Part shown: positions 1-10,121 of the stretch, in pieces
Numbering within the stretch: the first letter of the stretch is position 1
How the letters are laid out: the number at the start of each line of letters is the position of its first letter
Origin: Lachnospiraceae bacterium
Lineage (GTDB): Bacteria > Bacillota > Clostridia > Lachnospirales > Lachnospiraceae
Length of the DNA stretch: 64,000 bases
Direction of reading: 5' to 3'
Assembly: GCA_045627425.1 (NCBI GenBank)
Contig: JAZQNS010000008.1
Span: 5,775-69,774 of the forward strand
The notes under the pieces: generated by a model
The model's input: the letters and a program-made list of their open reading frames with translations, nothing else
Database searches by the model: none
Told to the model about the DNA's origin: nothing
Program-made: the position numbers and the translations under genes

Positions 1-415
1 CATTTCCAGTCGCTGTGCCGCTAACTGAAAGATACTTACCATCCAGTGAATAGCCCATATCTCTTGCCTCTTCAATTGTGCCGGCAAAAAGAACCGCTCC
101 AGTAAAGGCTGCATAATCTCCATAGCTTTTATAAGTCATGTATGAGCTTGCAATGCCATCCTTAACGCTAAGCTTGTTAAGCTTTACTGCTTTATTGCCA
201 GTAGACTCGTTATAGGCCTCGATAGTCTCCTCCATAAAGGATTTAAGCTCGTCTTCACTGTAATAATCTTCTGTGAAGGATTCTAGTGTGGCTTCTATAA
301 CCTTACCATTTTTCTTTATGTAGAGGCAGGATTCCTCAGTGTCAAACTTAGGGCTGCACCCGGATATTCCTACCATGAGAACCAAAGCTAATGCTACTAA
401 TATGATCTTTTTCAT
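1..415 (-). CDS. putative lipoprotein; C-terminal part cut off by the window edge (N-terminal ~138 aa visible)
   Basis: My own translation from ATG at 415..413 gives MKKIILVALALVLMVGISGCSPKFDTEES... This shows a signal peptide plus lipobox (ISGC). An AAGGAG RBS lies upstream and the frame stays open to position 1. Confidence 0.6.
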   Translation of the reverse strand, partial: MKKIILVALALVLMVGISGCSPKFDTEESCLYIKKNGKVIEATLESFTEDYYSEDELKSFMEETIEAYNESTGNKAVKLNKLSVKDGIASSYMTYKSYGDYAAFTGAVLFAGTIEEARDMGYSLDGKYLSVSGTATGN

Positions 416-443
416 AATATATCTCCTTAAAAAACGTATTTAA

Positions 444-1109
444 TTATACTTTTTTTATCTCCATTTGTAAATCCAGCATATCAAGGGAATTAAACCTTCT
501 GTCAATATGCTTTTCAATAAAGCCATCAAGAATAGACTCCATCTCCTCCAAAACATTTGGCAAAACTTTGAAGTTGTAAAGCTTATTAATCGGAGCACTG
601 GCTATATAATTTAAGGCATAAACCGTGGACTCGTTATAGCCCATGTCCGTTGTGACCAAAGGATACTCTCCGAAAAGTACCATAGCTTTCATCTCATATA
701 TACGTCTAACAAGTCTGTTATCTATTGAATCCTTTAAAAGCGCCTTCATGGATATGTAAAGGAGATTTAGCATATCTCCCCCATCCAGGTTTTCTCTTGT
801 ATAATAATTAGCTATCTCCAAAAAATAAAAGCCATAGGCAGCCACAAAGGGATCCATAGCCAATTCTCTGAAATACTCATCCACACCGGCCTTAACCAGA
901 GTGTAGGATTCTCTTCCAACATACATTTCAAAGTCGCCGAAGGTAAAAGGATTAGATGCTGCAAGAAGGGCAGAGTTCTGCTTTCTTGCACCTCTTGCAA
1001 AGGCTGTTATTCTTCCTGCTTCCTTGGTCAGAATCACAAGTCTCTTATCAACTTCACCCACCGGGCCAGCGGACAAAACCATGCCCTTATAAACTATTCT
1101 CTCACTCAT
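444..1109 (-). CDS. recO: DNA repair protein RecO
   Basis: The 221-aa ORF has a RecO-like N-terminal OB region (VLSAGPVGEVDKRLVILTKEAGRITAFARGARK). It lies 3 nt downstream of era, the conserved era-recO pair of Firmicutes. Confidence 0.85.
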   Translation of the reverse strand: MSERIVYKGMVLSAGPVGEVDKRLVILTKEAGRITAFARGARKQNSALLAASNPFTFGDFEMYVGRESYTLVKAGVDEYFRELAMDPFVAAYGFYFLEIANYYTRENLDGGDMLNLLYISMKALLKDSIDNRLVRRIYEMKAMVLFGEYPLVTTDMGYNESTVYALNYIASAPINKLYNFKVLPNVLEEMESILDGFIEKHIDRRFNSLDMLDLQMEIKKV

Positions 1110-1112
1110 GGA

Positions 1113-2024
1113 TTAGTCATTAATCCTCTTCTTGTCATAGCCAAAATTCTTCATCTGAATGTCGGAATCTCTCCAGTTCTTCTGAACCTTAACGAAAAGC
1201 TTCAGATTAACCTTTAAATCAAGAAGCTTCTCAATTTCAAACCTTGCATTGGAGCCAATCTTCTTTAGCATCGCTCCCTGCTTTCCAATAATAATACCCT
1301 TATGGGATTCTCTCTCGCAGACTATGGTGGCATCAATGTCCATAATCCTGCTTCCCTTTCTCACTTTCATGGAATCAATCATTACTGCTATTCCATGAGG
1401 AACCTCCTCATCTAATGCATGAAGGGACTTCTCTCTAATAATCTCAGCCACAATCTGTTTCTCTGGCTGATCAGTAACTGTATCCTCGTCATAGTACATT
1501 GGACCATATGGAAGATACTTAAACAAAGTGTCTAACAGTTCTGAAACATTGTCACCAGTCTTGGCAGACACAGGAACAATCTCGGCAAAATCATAGATTT
1601 TACTGTATTTATCAACGAATCGGATTAAATCCTCCTTCTTAACCATATCTATTTTGTTTACGGCAAGAATTACGGGATTCTTTACTTTATTAAGCTGCTC
1701 TGCAATATGCTTCTCTCCTGCTCCAATAAAGTCACTAGGCTCTACTAACCATACAACTACGTCCACATCAGTGATAGATCTTTCAGCCACATTTACCATA
1801 TACTCACCAAGCTTGTTGGTAGCCTTGTGAATACCGGGTGTGTCTACAAATACAATCTGGCCTCTATCCATATCTGTATAAACAGTCTGAATCTTATTTC
1901 TGGTGGTCTGAGGTTTCTTGGAAGTAATGGCAATCTTCTGACCGATCATCTGGTTCATAAGAGTGGATTTACCTACATTTGGTCTTCCAATTAAAGTTAC
2001 AAATCCTGATTTAAACTGATTCAT
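1113..2024 (-). CDS. era: GTPase Era
   Basis: GTPase motifs are present: G1 GRPNVGKST, G3 DTPG and G4 NKID. A C-terminal KH domain is also present (IIGKQGAMLKKIG). Confidence 0.95.
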   Translation of the reverse strand: MNQFKSGFVTLIGRPNVGKSTLMNQMIGQKIAITSKKPQTTRNKIQTVYTDMDRGQIVFVDTPGIHKATNKLGEYMVNVAERSITDVDVVVWLVEPSDFIGAGEKHIAEQLNKVKNPVILAVNKIDMVKKEDLIRFVDKYSKIYDFAEIVPVSAKTGDNVSELLDTLFKYLPYGPMYYDEDTVTDQPEKQIVAEIIREKSLHALDEEVPHGIAVMIDSMKVRKGSRIMDIDATIVCERESHKGIIIGKQGAMLKKIGSNARFEIEKLLDLKVNLKLFVKVQKNWRDSDIQMKNFGYDKKRIND

Positions 2025-2043
2025 ATATTCTCCATTTCTTAAA

Positions 2044-2068
2044 GCTCTCCCGGAAAAACCGGGAGAGC
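2044..2068 (-). terminator. GC-rich hairpin after the M16 peptidase gene (terminator or attenuator ahead of era)
   Basis: The perfect 10-bp stem gctctcccgg/ccgggagagc has an aaaaa loop. On the minus strand it is followed by TTTAAG, which is a weak U-tract. Confidence 0.5.
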
Positions 2069-2078
2069 CTTTGATAAA

Positions 2079-5006
2079 CTATCTGTTTAAGCCTCTAAGG
2101 GTCTTGAATATGTCCTTAGCTTCTTTAATCTTGTTATCATTACCGATAACGCAGAGGTGATTCTGCTTTACTACAGCATCAAGAGGTGCAGCGAAGGATC
2201 TGATATCCTCAACACTTGCATTGATAACCTGGTCTCTCTCCTCCTGAAGTGATTCATAGCTTATATTTCTCTTTAAGAGTCCCATAGCTCTAGCACCCTT
2301 CTGGGATGGAGATAATGGTCTGTCCAAGCCTCCGATAGTACCAACGATAAACTTGGTCATTTCAAGATCATCCGCCTCAAAGTTCTCAAGATATTCCTTA
2401 ACACCCTCATATACTGAAAGTGTCTTAGTAAGGTTAGGGTCTCTGTAGGATGTGAAGGCTGCATCACCAGTCTTGTCAATCTTTAGTCCGCATCCATATG
2501 CTCCACCCTTAACACGAATGTTCTTATATAAGTACTCTGTACTCATAATTACTCTTAAGAGGTTCATTGCTCCATGATACTTGAATCCTGCATTTTTGTA
2601 GTTTCCTGCAAGACAAACATACTGTACCTGAGATGCTGTCATGATACCCTCTGTCTTCTCTGAAAGTTTAAGGGATGTCTCTAACTCTCTTTCTAAGACC
2701 TCATGGCAAAGTCCATCCTTAACAAGCTTAACAAGTGGCTCAATCTCACTAAACTCTTCTCTTCTGCATGTGGAGGATACTGTTAAATACTCCTCTCTGA
2801 AGATATATTTTGAAAGGAAAGTAAGATTCTCAATTATCTCTGCTTTTCTATCCTCGAAATGCTCGTCTAAATCAACAAGGAAATCCAAGTATCCAATTCC
2901 CTCGTATAAATCTCTTACAGCAGCTCTCTCATTGAAGTAGGAACCTGCTCTTAATGCACCATATGCATTGCCGCTCCAGCCCATATCTTCATCGAGTCTT
3001 GATCTTGTCTCTGAAATAAGTTCCTTAAGTCTCTTCTCAGAATCATAGCGTGAGGACTTAATGATCTCATTTACCAGCTTAGTAGCAACATCCATTTTGC
3101 CATAAATGTTCTTTAAGGAAACAATGAAGGTAAGATCATAGTTGTCAGCTTCATCAAGCTTCTCAAAAATAGAGATTCCTGCTCCGATTCCACCAGTGGT
3201 TCTGTCGATTTCAGCTGATAACTCTTCATAAGAGTATTTTTCGGTATCTACCAGTCCGAAGATGTCCTTAAACAGACCAAGATAGCTAATGGTCTTCTCA
3301 TCTCTCATTGGAAGATCAAAATGAAGTCTTAAGTAATGAATACCATTGGTCTCGTAGTCATGGAATACTGTCTTTACTCCTGCTACTTCATTGACCTCAT
3401 TATTGAAATCCTGTGCCTTCTTCTCAATATCAGAAACCTGAAGCTGAGGAATTGTGGCAAGATCCTCCTTGCTTGAAGGCTCCTCCTGATACTTCTTAAG
3501 TTCAGCTGTCCAGGCAACTAAAGCATCAATCTCCTCATCTGTCATGGAAGCCTTCTTATCTGCAAGAAGCTTCTTAAGCTCCTCTTCCTCTCTTGTTGCC
3601 TTACCCTTTTCAGGACTTAATGTTACATAAGCACCAAAGGTATTGTCTAGTAAGCACTCCTTAATTAAATCCTCGTAATATGATGTGTTAATCTTCTCTC
3701 TTAAGCTCTTATAAACATCTAAGAGTTCAATGCTAGACCATGGGTCCATCTCATCATATAACCAGGTATTTAAGCTGTCGATGGCATAATAGAGGCCCTT
3801 AGCCATACCGCCAAAGTCAGCCTCTCTGTATCTGAACTCCATCTTGTTAAGGGAAGCCTCAAGGTTCTTTTTGCTAATACCCTTTTCTACTGTCTCTGTA
3901 AGAACCTCTCTAATAATTCTCTTAAAATCGGATAGCTGACCTGCCTCCGCATTCTTAGCAGAGATTGTAAAAAGGTGCTGTCTTGTATAATTGCTAATTC
4001 CACCACCGATATCATTACCAACACCAGCGTCTAAAAGTGCCTGCTTAAGTGGTGCACCTGGCATATTGAGTAAGCAGTGTGCAATCACATCAAAGGCAAC
4101 AACCTTTTCTGGCATAGTTGAGTCGCTGACAATAAGGTTTAAGGAATACTCTGTTTTACCCTTCTCATCCTCATCCTCTGTGATGGAGTAGGTCTCTGTA
4201 ACTTCCTTAAGCTCATTAAATGGCTTCTGAAAATCAATCTCAGAATTCACATCGATAATGTCATACTTTGATAAATAGTCTCTGTCCATGAAGAGAAGTC
4301 TCTCATTCATGTCCATGTTTCCTGCAAGACATATGTAGGAGTTACATGGATGATAATATGTTCTGTGGAAGTCTAAGTAGGATTCGTAGGTAAGCGTTGG
4401 AATATACTTAGGATTTCCACCGGAATCTCTTGAATATGGAGTGTCTGGGAACATAGCCTTGTTCACAGTCATCATCATCACTTCTTCTGATGATGAGTAG
4501 GCACCCTTCATCTCGTTATAAACTACTCCGTTATACTTAAGCTCTGCATCCTTAGACTCAAGCTCATATCTCCAGCCCTCCTGACGGAAGATTTTCTCTT
4601 CCTTGTAAATGTTAGGACAGAGTACAGAATCCATATAAACGCCCATAAGATTTTTAAAATCCTGGTCATTGCATGAAGCAACTGGATATATAGTCTTATC
4701 TGGATAAGTCATGGCATTTAAGAAGGTCTGTAAGGAACCCTTTGCAAGCTCTGTAAATGGATCCTTTACAGGATACTTCTCTGAACCATTTAAAACTGTA
4801 TGCTCAATAATATGTGGAACTCCTGTATCACCAACTGGTGGAGTTCTGAAACCGATACAGAAAACCTTGTTCTCATCATCATTTGAAATTAAAACTACCC
4901 TTGCTCCTGATTTCTTATGCTTAAGCAGAGTACCCTCAGACTTGATTCCCTCAAGGTGTCTCTCATCTAACACATCATAAAGTGCTAAAACCTCTTTTGA
5001 TAACAT
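2079..5006 (-). CDS. M16C-family (PreP/insulinase-like) zinc metallopeptidase
   Basis: The 975-aa ORF carries the inverted zincin motif HIIEH near the N-terminus (GVPHIIEHTVLNGS). Its size is typical of M16C. Confidence 0.85.
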   Translation of the reverse strand: MLSKEVLALYDVLDERHLEGIKSEGTLLKHKKSGARVVLISNDDENKVFCIGFRTPPVGDTGVPHIIEHTVLNGSEKYPVKDPFTELAKGSLQTFLNAMTYPDKTIYPVASCNDQDFKNLMGVYMDSVLCPNIYKEEKIFRQEGWRYELESKDAELKYNGVVYNEMKGAYSSSEEVMMMTVNKAMFPDTPYSRDSGGNPKYIPTLTYESYLDFHRTYYHPCNSYICLAGNMDMNERLLFMDRDYLSKYDIIDVNSEIDFQKPFNELKEVTETYSITEDEDEKGKTEYSLNLIVSDSTMPEKVVAFDVIAHCLLNMPGAPLKQALLDAGVGNDIGGGISNYTRQHLFTISAKNAEAGQLSDFKRIIREVLTETVEKGISKKNLEASLNKMEFRYREADFGGMAKGLYYAIDSLNTWLYDEMDPWSSIELLDVYKSLREKINTSYYEDLIKECLLDNTFGAYVTLSPEKGKATREEEELKKLLADKKASMTDEEIDALVAWTAELKKYQEEPSSKEDLATIPQLQVSDIEKKAQDFNNEVNEVAGVKTVFHDYETNGIHYLRLHFDLPMRDEKTISYLGLFKDIFGLVDTEKYSYEELSAEIDRTTGGIGAGISIFEKLDEADNYDLTFIVSLKNIYGKMDVATKLVNEIIKSSRYDSEKRLKELISETRSRLDEDMGWSGNAYGALRAGSYFNERAAVRDLYEGIGYLDFLVDLDEHFEDRKAEIIENLTFLSKYIFREEYLTVSSTCRREEFSEIEPLVKLVKDGLCHEVLERELETSLKLSEKTEGIMTASQVQYVCLAGNYKNAGFKYHGAMNLLRVIMSTEYLYKNIRVKGGAYGCGLKIDKTGDAAFTSYRDPNLTKTLSVYEGVKEYLENFEADDLEMTKFIVGTIGGLDRPLSPSQKGARAMGLLKRNISYESLQEERDQVINASVEDIRSFAAPLDAVVKQNHLCVIGNDNKIKEAKDIFKTLRGLNR

Positions 5007-5034
5007 AAAACTTTCTCCTTATCTTAATATAAAA

Positions 5035-5058
5035 GGGCATACCGAATCCGGTATGCCC
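5035..5058 (-). terminator. intrinsic terminator after yajC
   Basis: The stem gggcataccg/cggtatgccc is followed on the minus strand by TTTTATATT. Confidence 0.7.
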
Positions 5059-5069
5059 TTAAAGAAAAC

Positions 5070-5372
5070 TTAAACCGCTGCGTCAGCCTTCTCAACTGCT
5101 GCAATTGCATTCTTCTGCATTGGAATACGGCAGTTCTTGTTGCTACCGAACTCAACAATTACAGTGTCGTCCTGCATATCAATAAGTGTTCCGTAGAAAC
5201 CGCTGCTTGTAAGTACTGTATCGCCTACAGCCATCTCAGCTAACATCTGATTCTTTCTCTTAGTCTCCTTCTGCTGTGGTCTAATCATCATGAAGTACAT
5301 CATAACGAAGATCACAACAACCATACCTATAGTATAGATATTGCTCATTGTGCTTGATGTAAGTAAAACCAT
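5070..5372 (-). CDS. yajC: preprotein translocase subunit YajC
   Basis: There is a single TM segment followed by the YajC motif [30 protein letters not shown] favours the Met at 5372, although the longest ORF extends to 5387. Confidence 0.85.
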   Translation of the reverse strand: MVLLTSSTMSNIYTIGMVVVIFVMMYFMMIRPQQKETKRKNQMLAEMAVGDTVLTSSGFYGTLIDMQDDTVIVEFGSNKNCRIPMQKNAIAAVEKADAAV

Positions 5373-5466
5373 TAATACTTCCTCCATTTTTTACAGTAAC
5401 CAGGCAAAATCATTGCCCAGTCTCTTCACATATTTTACACGAAATATAGCCTTTAGTAAAGCATTT

Positions 5467-6699
<1,233 letters not shown>

Positions 6700-6723
6700 T
6701 TAAGAGATATAAAGGAGGCAAAA

Positions 6724-7761
6724 ATGGCTGGTTCAACATTTGGAAATAATATAAGGGTAACAAGTTTTGGTGAGTCTCATGGAAGGGCCACAGGCTGTGT
6801 CATAGACGGCCTTCCTGCTGGTTTTAAACTTGATCTAAAGGAACTAAAGAGCTATGTGGCAAGAAGAAAACCAGACCCTGAAAATGGCGGTACTAATAGA
6901 ATCGAAGAAGATGAACTGATAATCCTAAGCGGTCTCTTAGATGAAACTACTCTTGGTACTCCACTTACCATTATGGTTGAAAATAAGGATGTAAAATCAT
7001 CTGACTATGAAGAGATAAAAGACATCTACAGACCTGGTCATGGAGATGTAACATACGACTTAAAGTATGGCTTACGGGATGAAAATGGGGGCGGCAGAGC
7101 TTCCGGAAGAGAAACCTTAAGCCGCGTAATTGCCGGGGGCATTGTGGTTCAGATGTTAAAGGCCTTAGGGGTAAGCTTCGAAAGTAAAGTATCTTACATA
7201 GGCTTCATGCATGGAAATGATGAGGCCGTTAAAGGTTACTTAGACCAGATAAGAAATGAGGGCGACTCCATGGGAGGCATCTGCGAGGTCTGTGTAAAGG
7301 GCCTTAGAGCCGGTCTTGGAGAGCCTGTGTTCAGAAAGGCTGATGCCCTGTTAACAGGTGCTGTAATGTCTATTGGAGCTGTAAAGGCTGTGGAAATCGG
7401 CGATGGTATTCAGGCTTCAACCTCCTTCGGTTCAGACTTTAACGACGAGATTACAGAGGTTAGTGAAAATGGTATAAAGGCTGGAAGTAACCACGCTGGA
7501 GGCATACTCGCAGGTATTACCACAGGACAGGACCTGGTTCTAAAGGCTCACATTAAACCGGTACCATCCATAAGAAAGGATCAGCACACAGTAACGAAGG
7601 ACAATAGTCCTGTTATTCTTTCTGTACCTGGAAGACATGATGTATGTATTGCTCCCAGAGTTCTTGTTGTTGTGGAAGCCATGATGGCTATTAGTCTTAT
7701 GGACCTTATGATGGACAATATGCACAGTAAATTCTCTTCCATGGAAGAATTTTATAAATAA
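6724..7761 (+). CDS. aroC: chorismate synthase
   Basis: The N-terminus FGNNIRVTSFGESHG and the GGGRASGRET motif are present. The RBS AAAGGAGG lies before the ATG at 6724; the ORF track start at 6658 has no RBS. Confidence 0.9.
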   Translation: MAGSTFGNNIRVTSFGESHGRATGCVIDGLPAGFKLDLKELKSYVARRKPDPENGGTNRIEEDELIILSGLLDETTLGTPLTIMVENKDVKSSDYEEIKDIYRPGHGDVTYDLKYGLRDENGGGRASGRETLSRVIAGGIVVQMLKALGVSFESKVSYIGFMHGNDEAVKGYLDQIRNEGDSMGGICEVCVKGLRAGLGEPVFRKADALLTGAVMSIGAVKAVEIGDGIQASTSFGSDFNDEITEVSENGIKAGSNHAGGILAGITTGQDLVLKAHIKPVPSIRKDQHTVTKDNSPVILSVPGRHDVCIAPRVLVVVEAMMAISLMDLMMDNMHSKFSSMEEFYK

Positions 7762-7763
7762 AC

Positions 7764-7807
7764 AAAACCCTTAGAGTGTGTGAATACCACCTTACTCTAA
7801 GGGTTTT
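7764..7807. terminator. bidirectional terminator between the convergent aroC and U32 genes
   Basis: The 14-bp stem aaaacccttagagt/actctaagggtttt has T-runs on both sides. Confidence 0.75.
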
Positions 7808-7833
7808 TATTTGTTTTTCTTTATGCCGTCAGG

Positions 7834-9081
7834 CTACTCTGCCTTAATCTCTTCCTCTTCTCTTCTCAAAATATCACAGACATCCATATCAACGCCTAAA
7901 TCAATCCATAGGGACTGCTTAGGATGTGGACAGGCTTCCATTTCCTCTCCGAGATCATTAAGGATTCTCTTAACGGTACATTTAACATTTTGTCCGTCTG
8001 GCTTCATAACCTCAATCTCCTCGCCCACAGAGAATTTGTTCTTCTGCTCAATGTGATAGAGGCCATCCTCTCTCTTTTCTGAAATCACTCCAAGATAGGT
8101 GTAATCCTTAAGATAGGTGTTGCTGTCATAAATCTGAGACTGTTCGTTAGCTCTACCGTAGAAGAAGCCTGTAGTGAACTGTCTGTAGGTACAATCAGAA
8201 ATCTGATCAAGGTACCATGGCATGTTCTCCTTATACTTCTCAGGAGACTCAAGATAGTCATCAATAGCCTTTCTGTAGGTTCTTGCAACGGTTGCAACAT
8301 AGAGGGCTGTCTTCATACGTCCCTCAATCTTAAAGGAATCTATTCCTGCATCTATTAGATCTGGAATGTGCTCAATCATGCAGAGGTCCTTGGAATTAAA
8401 AATATAGGTTCCTCTCTCATTCTCATATACGGGATAGTATTCCCCCGGTCTCTTCTCCTCAACGACAGCATACTTCCATCTGCATGGATGGGTGCAGGCA
8501 CCACGGTTAGCATCTCTGCCAGTAAAGAAGTTGGAAAGAAGACAGCGTCCGGAATAGGAAATACACATTGCTCCATGAACAAAGGTCTCAATCTCCATAT
8601 CTTCAGGGATATTTTCTCTAATCTCCTTTATCTCCTTTAAAGAGAGCTCTCTTGCAGTTACCACTCTCTTGGCGCCTAAGGCATGCCAGAAGTTAAAGGT
8701 ACCGTAGTTTGTATTGTTGGCCTGGGTGGATACATGAAGCTCCATATCAGGCAAAACTTCCTTTGCAACTGTAAAGATACCAGGATCAGATATAATAAGG
8801 GCATCCGGTCCCACTTCCTTTAGTTCCTCGAAATACTTTCTGGCACCTGAAAGATCTCCATTGTGAGCAAGAATGTTGGCTGTAACGTAAACTCTTACTC
8901 CATGATCATGGGCGAATTTGACGCCTTCCTTCATATCTTCCAGGGAGAAGTTCTTAGCCTTTGCCCTAAGTCCGAAGGCCTCTCCGCCTATATATACTGC
9001 ATCTGCTCCAAAAACAACCGCAACCTTAAGTACCTCAAGGCAGCTGGCAGGAATTAAGAGCTCTAATTCTCTTCTCTTCAT
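7834..9081 (-). CDS. U32-family peptidase-like protein (YrrO/TrhP-type, implicated in tRNA ho5U34 formation)
   Basis: The U32 signature ETFVHGAMCISYSGRC is present. The gene lies 1 nt downstream of the yrrM-type methyltransferase, as in B. subtilis yrrM-yrrN-yrrO. The RBS AAAGGAG precedes the ATG at 9081; the longest ORF reaches 9123. Confidence 0.85.
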   Translation of the reverse strand: MKRRELELLIPASCLEVLKVAVVFGADAVYIGGEAFGLRAKAKNFSLEDMKEGVKFAHDHGVRVYVTANILAHNGDLSGARKYFEELKEVGPDALIISDPGIFTVAKEVLPDMELHVSTQANNTNYGTFNFWHALGAKRVVTARELSLKEIKEIRENIPEDMEIETFVHGAMCISYSGRCLLSNFFTGRDANRGACTHPCRWKYAVVEEKRPGEYYPVYENERGTYIFNSKDLCMIEHIPDLIDAGIDSFKIEGRMKTALYVATVARTYRKAIDDYLESPEKYKENMPWYLDQISDCTYRQFTTGFFYGRANEQSQIYDSNTYLKDYTYLGVISEKREDGLYHIEQKNKFSVGEEIEVMKPDGQNVKCTVKRILNDLGEEMEACPHPKQSLWIDLGVDMDVCDILRREEEEIKAE

Positions 9082-9082
9082 T

Positions 9083-9730
9083 TCATATCTCCTTTTTAAC
9101 ACTGATGGAAACACCATCTCCAACAGGCAAAATAGCAGTTTCTAAACATTCCTCATGAGTTAGCTCATAAAGATAATCCCTCATTCTCTTATGAATGGTT
9201 CTGTTTCTTCTGGTAACCGCAAATCTGGATTCTATAATATCTCCATCCTGCAGTACATTATCAGACACCAGCATTCCGCCTGGTGCAAGCAGTCTTAGGA
9301 CTTCAGGATAGAAATTAGGATACTGCCCCTTAGCCGCATCCATAAAGATAAAATCAAAGCTTCCCTCCATATCCTTAAGAATATCATTGGCGTCGCCACA
9401 TAAGAGGGTTATAGTGTCGGAAAGACCTGCTTTCTCTATATTTTCTTTACAGATTGGTATCCTCTTCTCATAATTCTCAATGGTGGTAATCTTGCATTTT
9501 GCCGGATTATAGCTTGCCATTAAAATTGACGAAAAGCCGATGGCCGCCCCGATTTCCAGGATGGTCGCCGGCTTGTTGCTATATAAAAGAGTCTTTAGTA
9601 GCTGCTGAGTCTCTGTCCTGATTATAGGTACATAGTTCTCCTTAGCGTATCTTTCAAGCTCCGTCAAAAAGTCGTTATTACCGGTATTTAGAGAATTGAT
9701 GTAAGAGACAAATCTCTCATCAACTATCAT
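9083..9730 (-). CDS. trmR: class I SAM-dependent O-methyltransferase, YrrM/TrmR-type (tRNA 5-hydroxyuridine methyltransferase)
   Basis: The SAM-binding motif ILEIGAAIGFS and FIFMDAAKGQY are present, and synteny matches the mltG-like and U32 genes. The ATG at 9730 overlaps the upstream stop (ATGA). Confidence 0.7.
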   Translation of the reverse strand: MIVDERFVSYINSLNTGNNDFLTELERYAKENYVPIIRTETQQLLKTLLYSNKPATILEIGAAIGFSSILMASYNPAKCKITTIENYEKRIPICKENIEKAGLSDTITLLCGDANDILKDMEGSFDFIFMDAAKGQYPNFYPEVLRLLAPGGMLVSDNVLQDGDIIESRFAVTRRNRTIHKRMRDYLYELTHEECLETAILPVGDGVSISVKKEI

Positions 9731-10107
9731 TCCTCTTCCTCCGAATAACCTCCGATGGTCCAAAGTATTTCCTCATGGTTCATACTGGTATTTAAAGTAT
9801 AGAGACCCTGCTTAATGCTGTCCTTATAATCCGAAAGCATAAGCTGAACATAGAATAAGCTTGCTGATCTGCATAGACCTTTGTCACAAATAAGCTCTGC
9901 TATGTCTCTCTTAGTCATATTCTCGGTGATGCTAAGGGAAACTTCCTTTGCATTCTCCTTATCTGTCATGGCCTCCTCCGCATAGATACGGTATCCAAAG
10001 TCGTAGGACTCACGACCAATATAGGTTGCACCTGCCACCAGTAAAACCAGTATCAGTATGTAAACCATAGCCTTAACTATACGAAGTACTATCTCGCTGG
10101 ATCTCAT
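9727..10107 (-). CDS. short membrane protein with an MltG/YceG N-terminal (LysM-like) domain only; the catalytic domain is absent
   Basis: The 126-aa ORF has an N-terminal TM segment (IVKAMVYILILVLLVAGATYI). This is followed by DIAELICDKGLCRSASLFYVQLMLSDYKDSIKQGLYTLNTSMNHEEIL, which resembles the MltG N-domain. It occupies the mltG (yrrL) slot of the Bacillus yrzB-yrrL-yrrM block. Confidence 0.6.
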   Translation of the reverse strand: MRSSEIVLRIVKAMVYILILVLLVAGATYIGRESYDFGYRIYAEEAMTDKENAKEVSLSITENMTKRDIAELICDKGLCRSASLFYVQLMLSDYKDSIKQGLYTLNTSMNHEEILWTIGGYSEEEE

Positions 10108-10121
10108 AAAAAACCTCTAAA

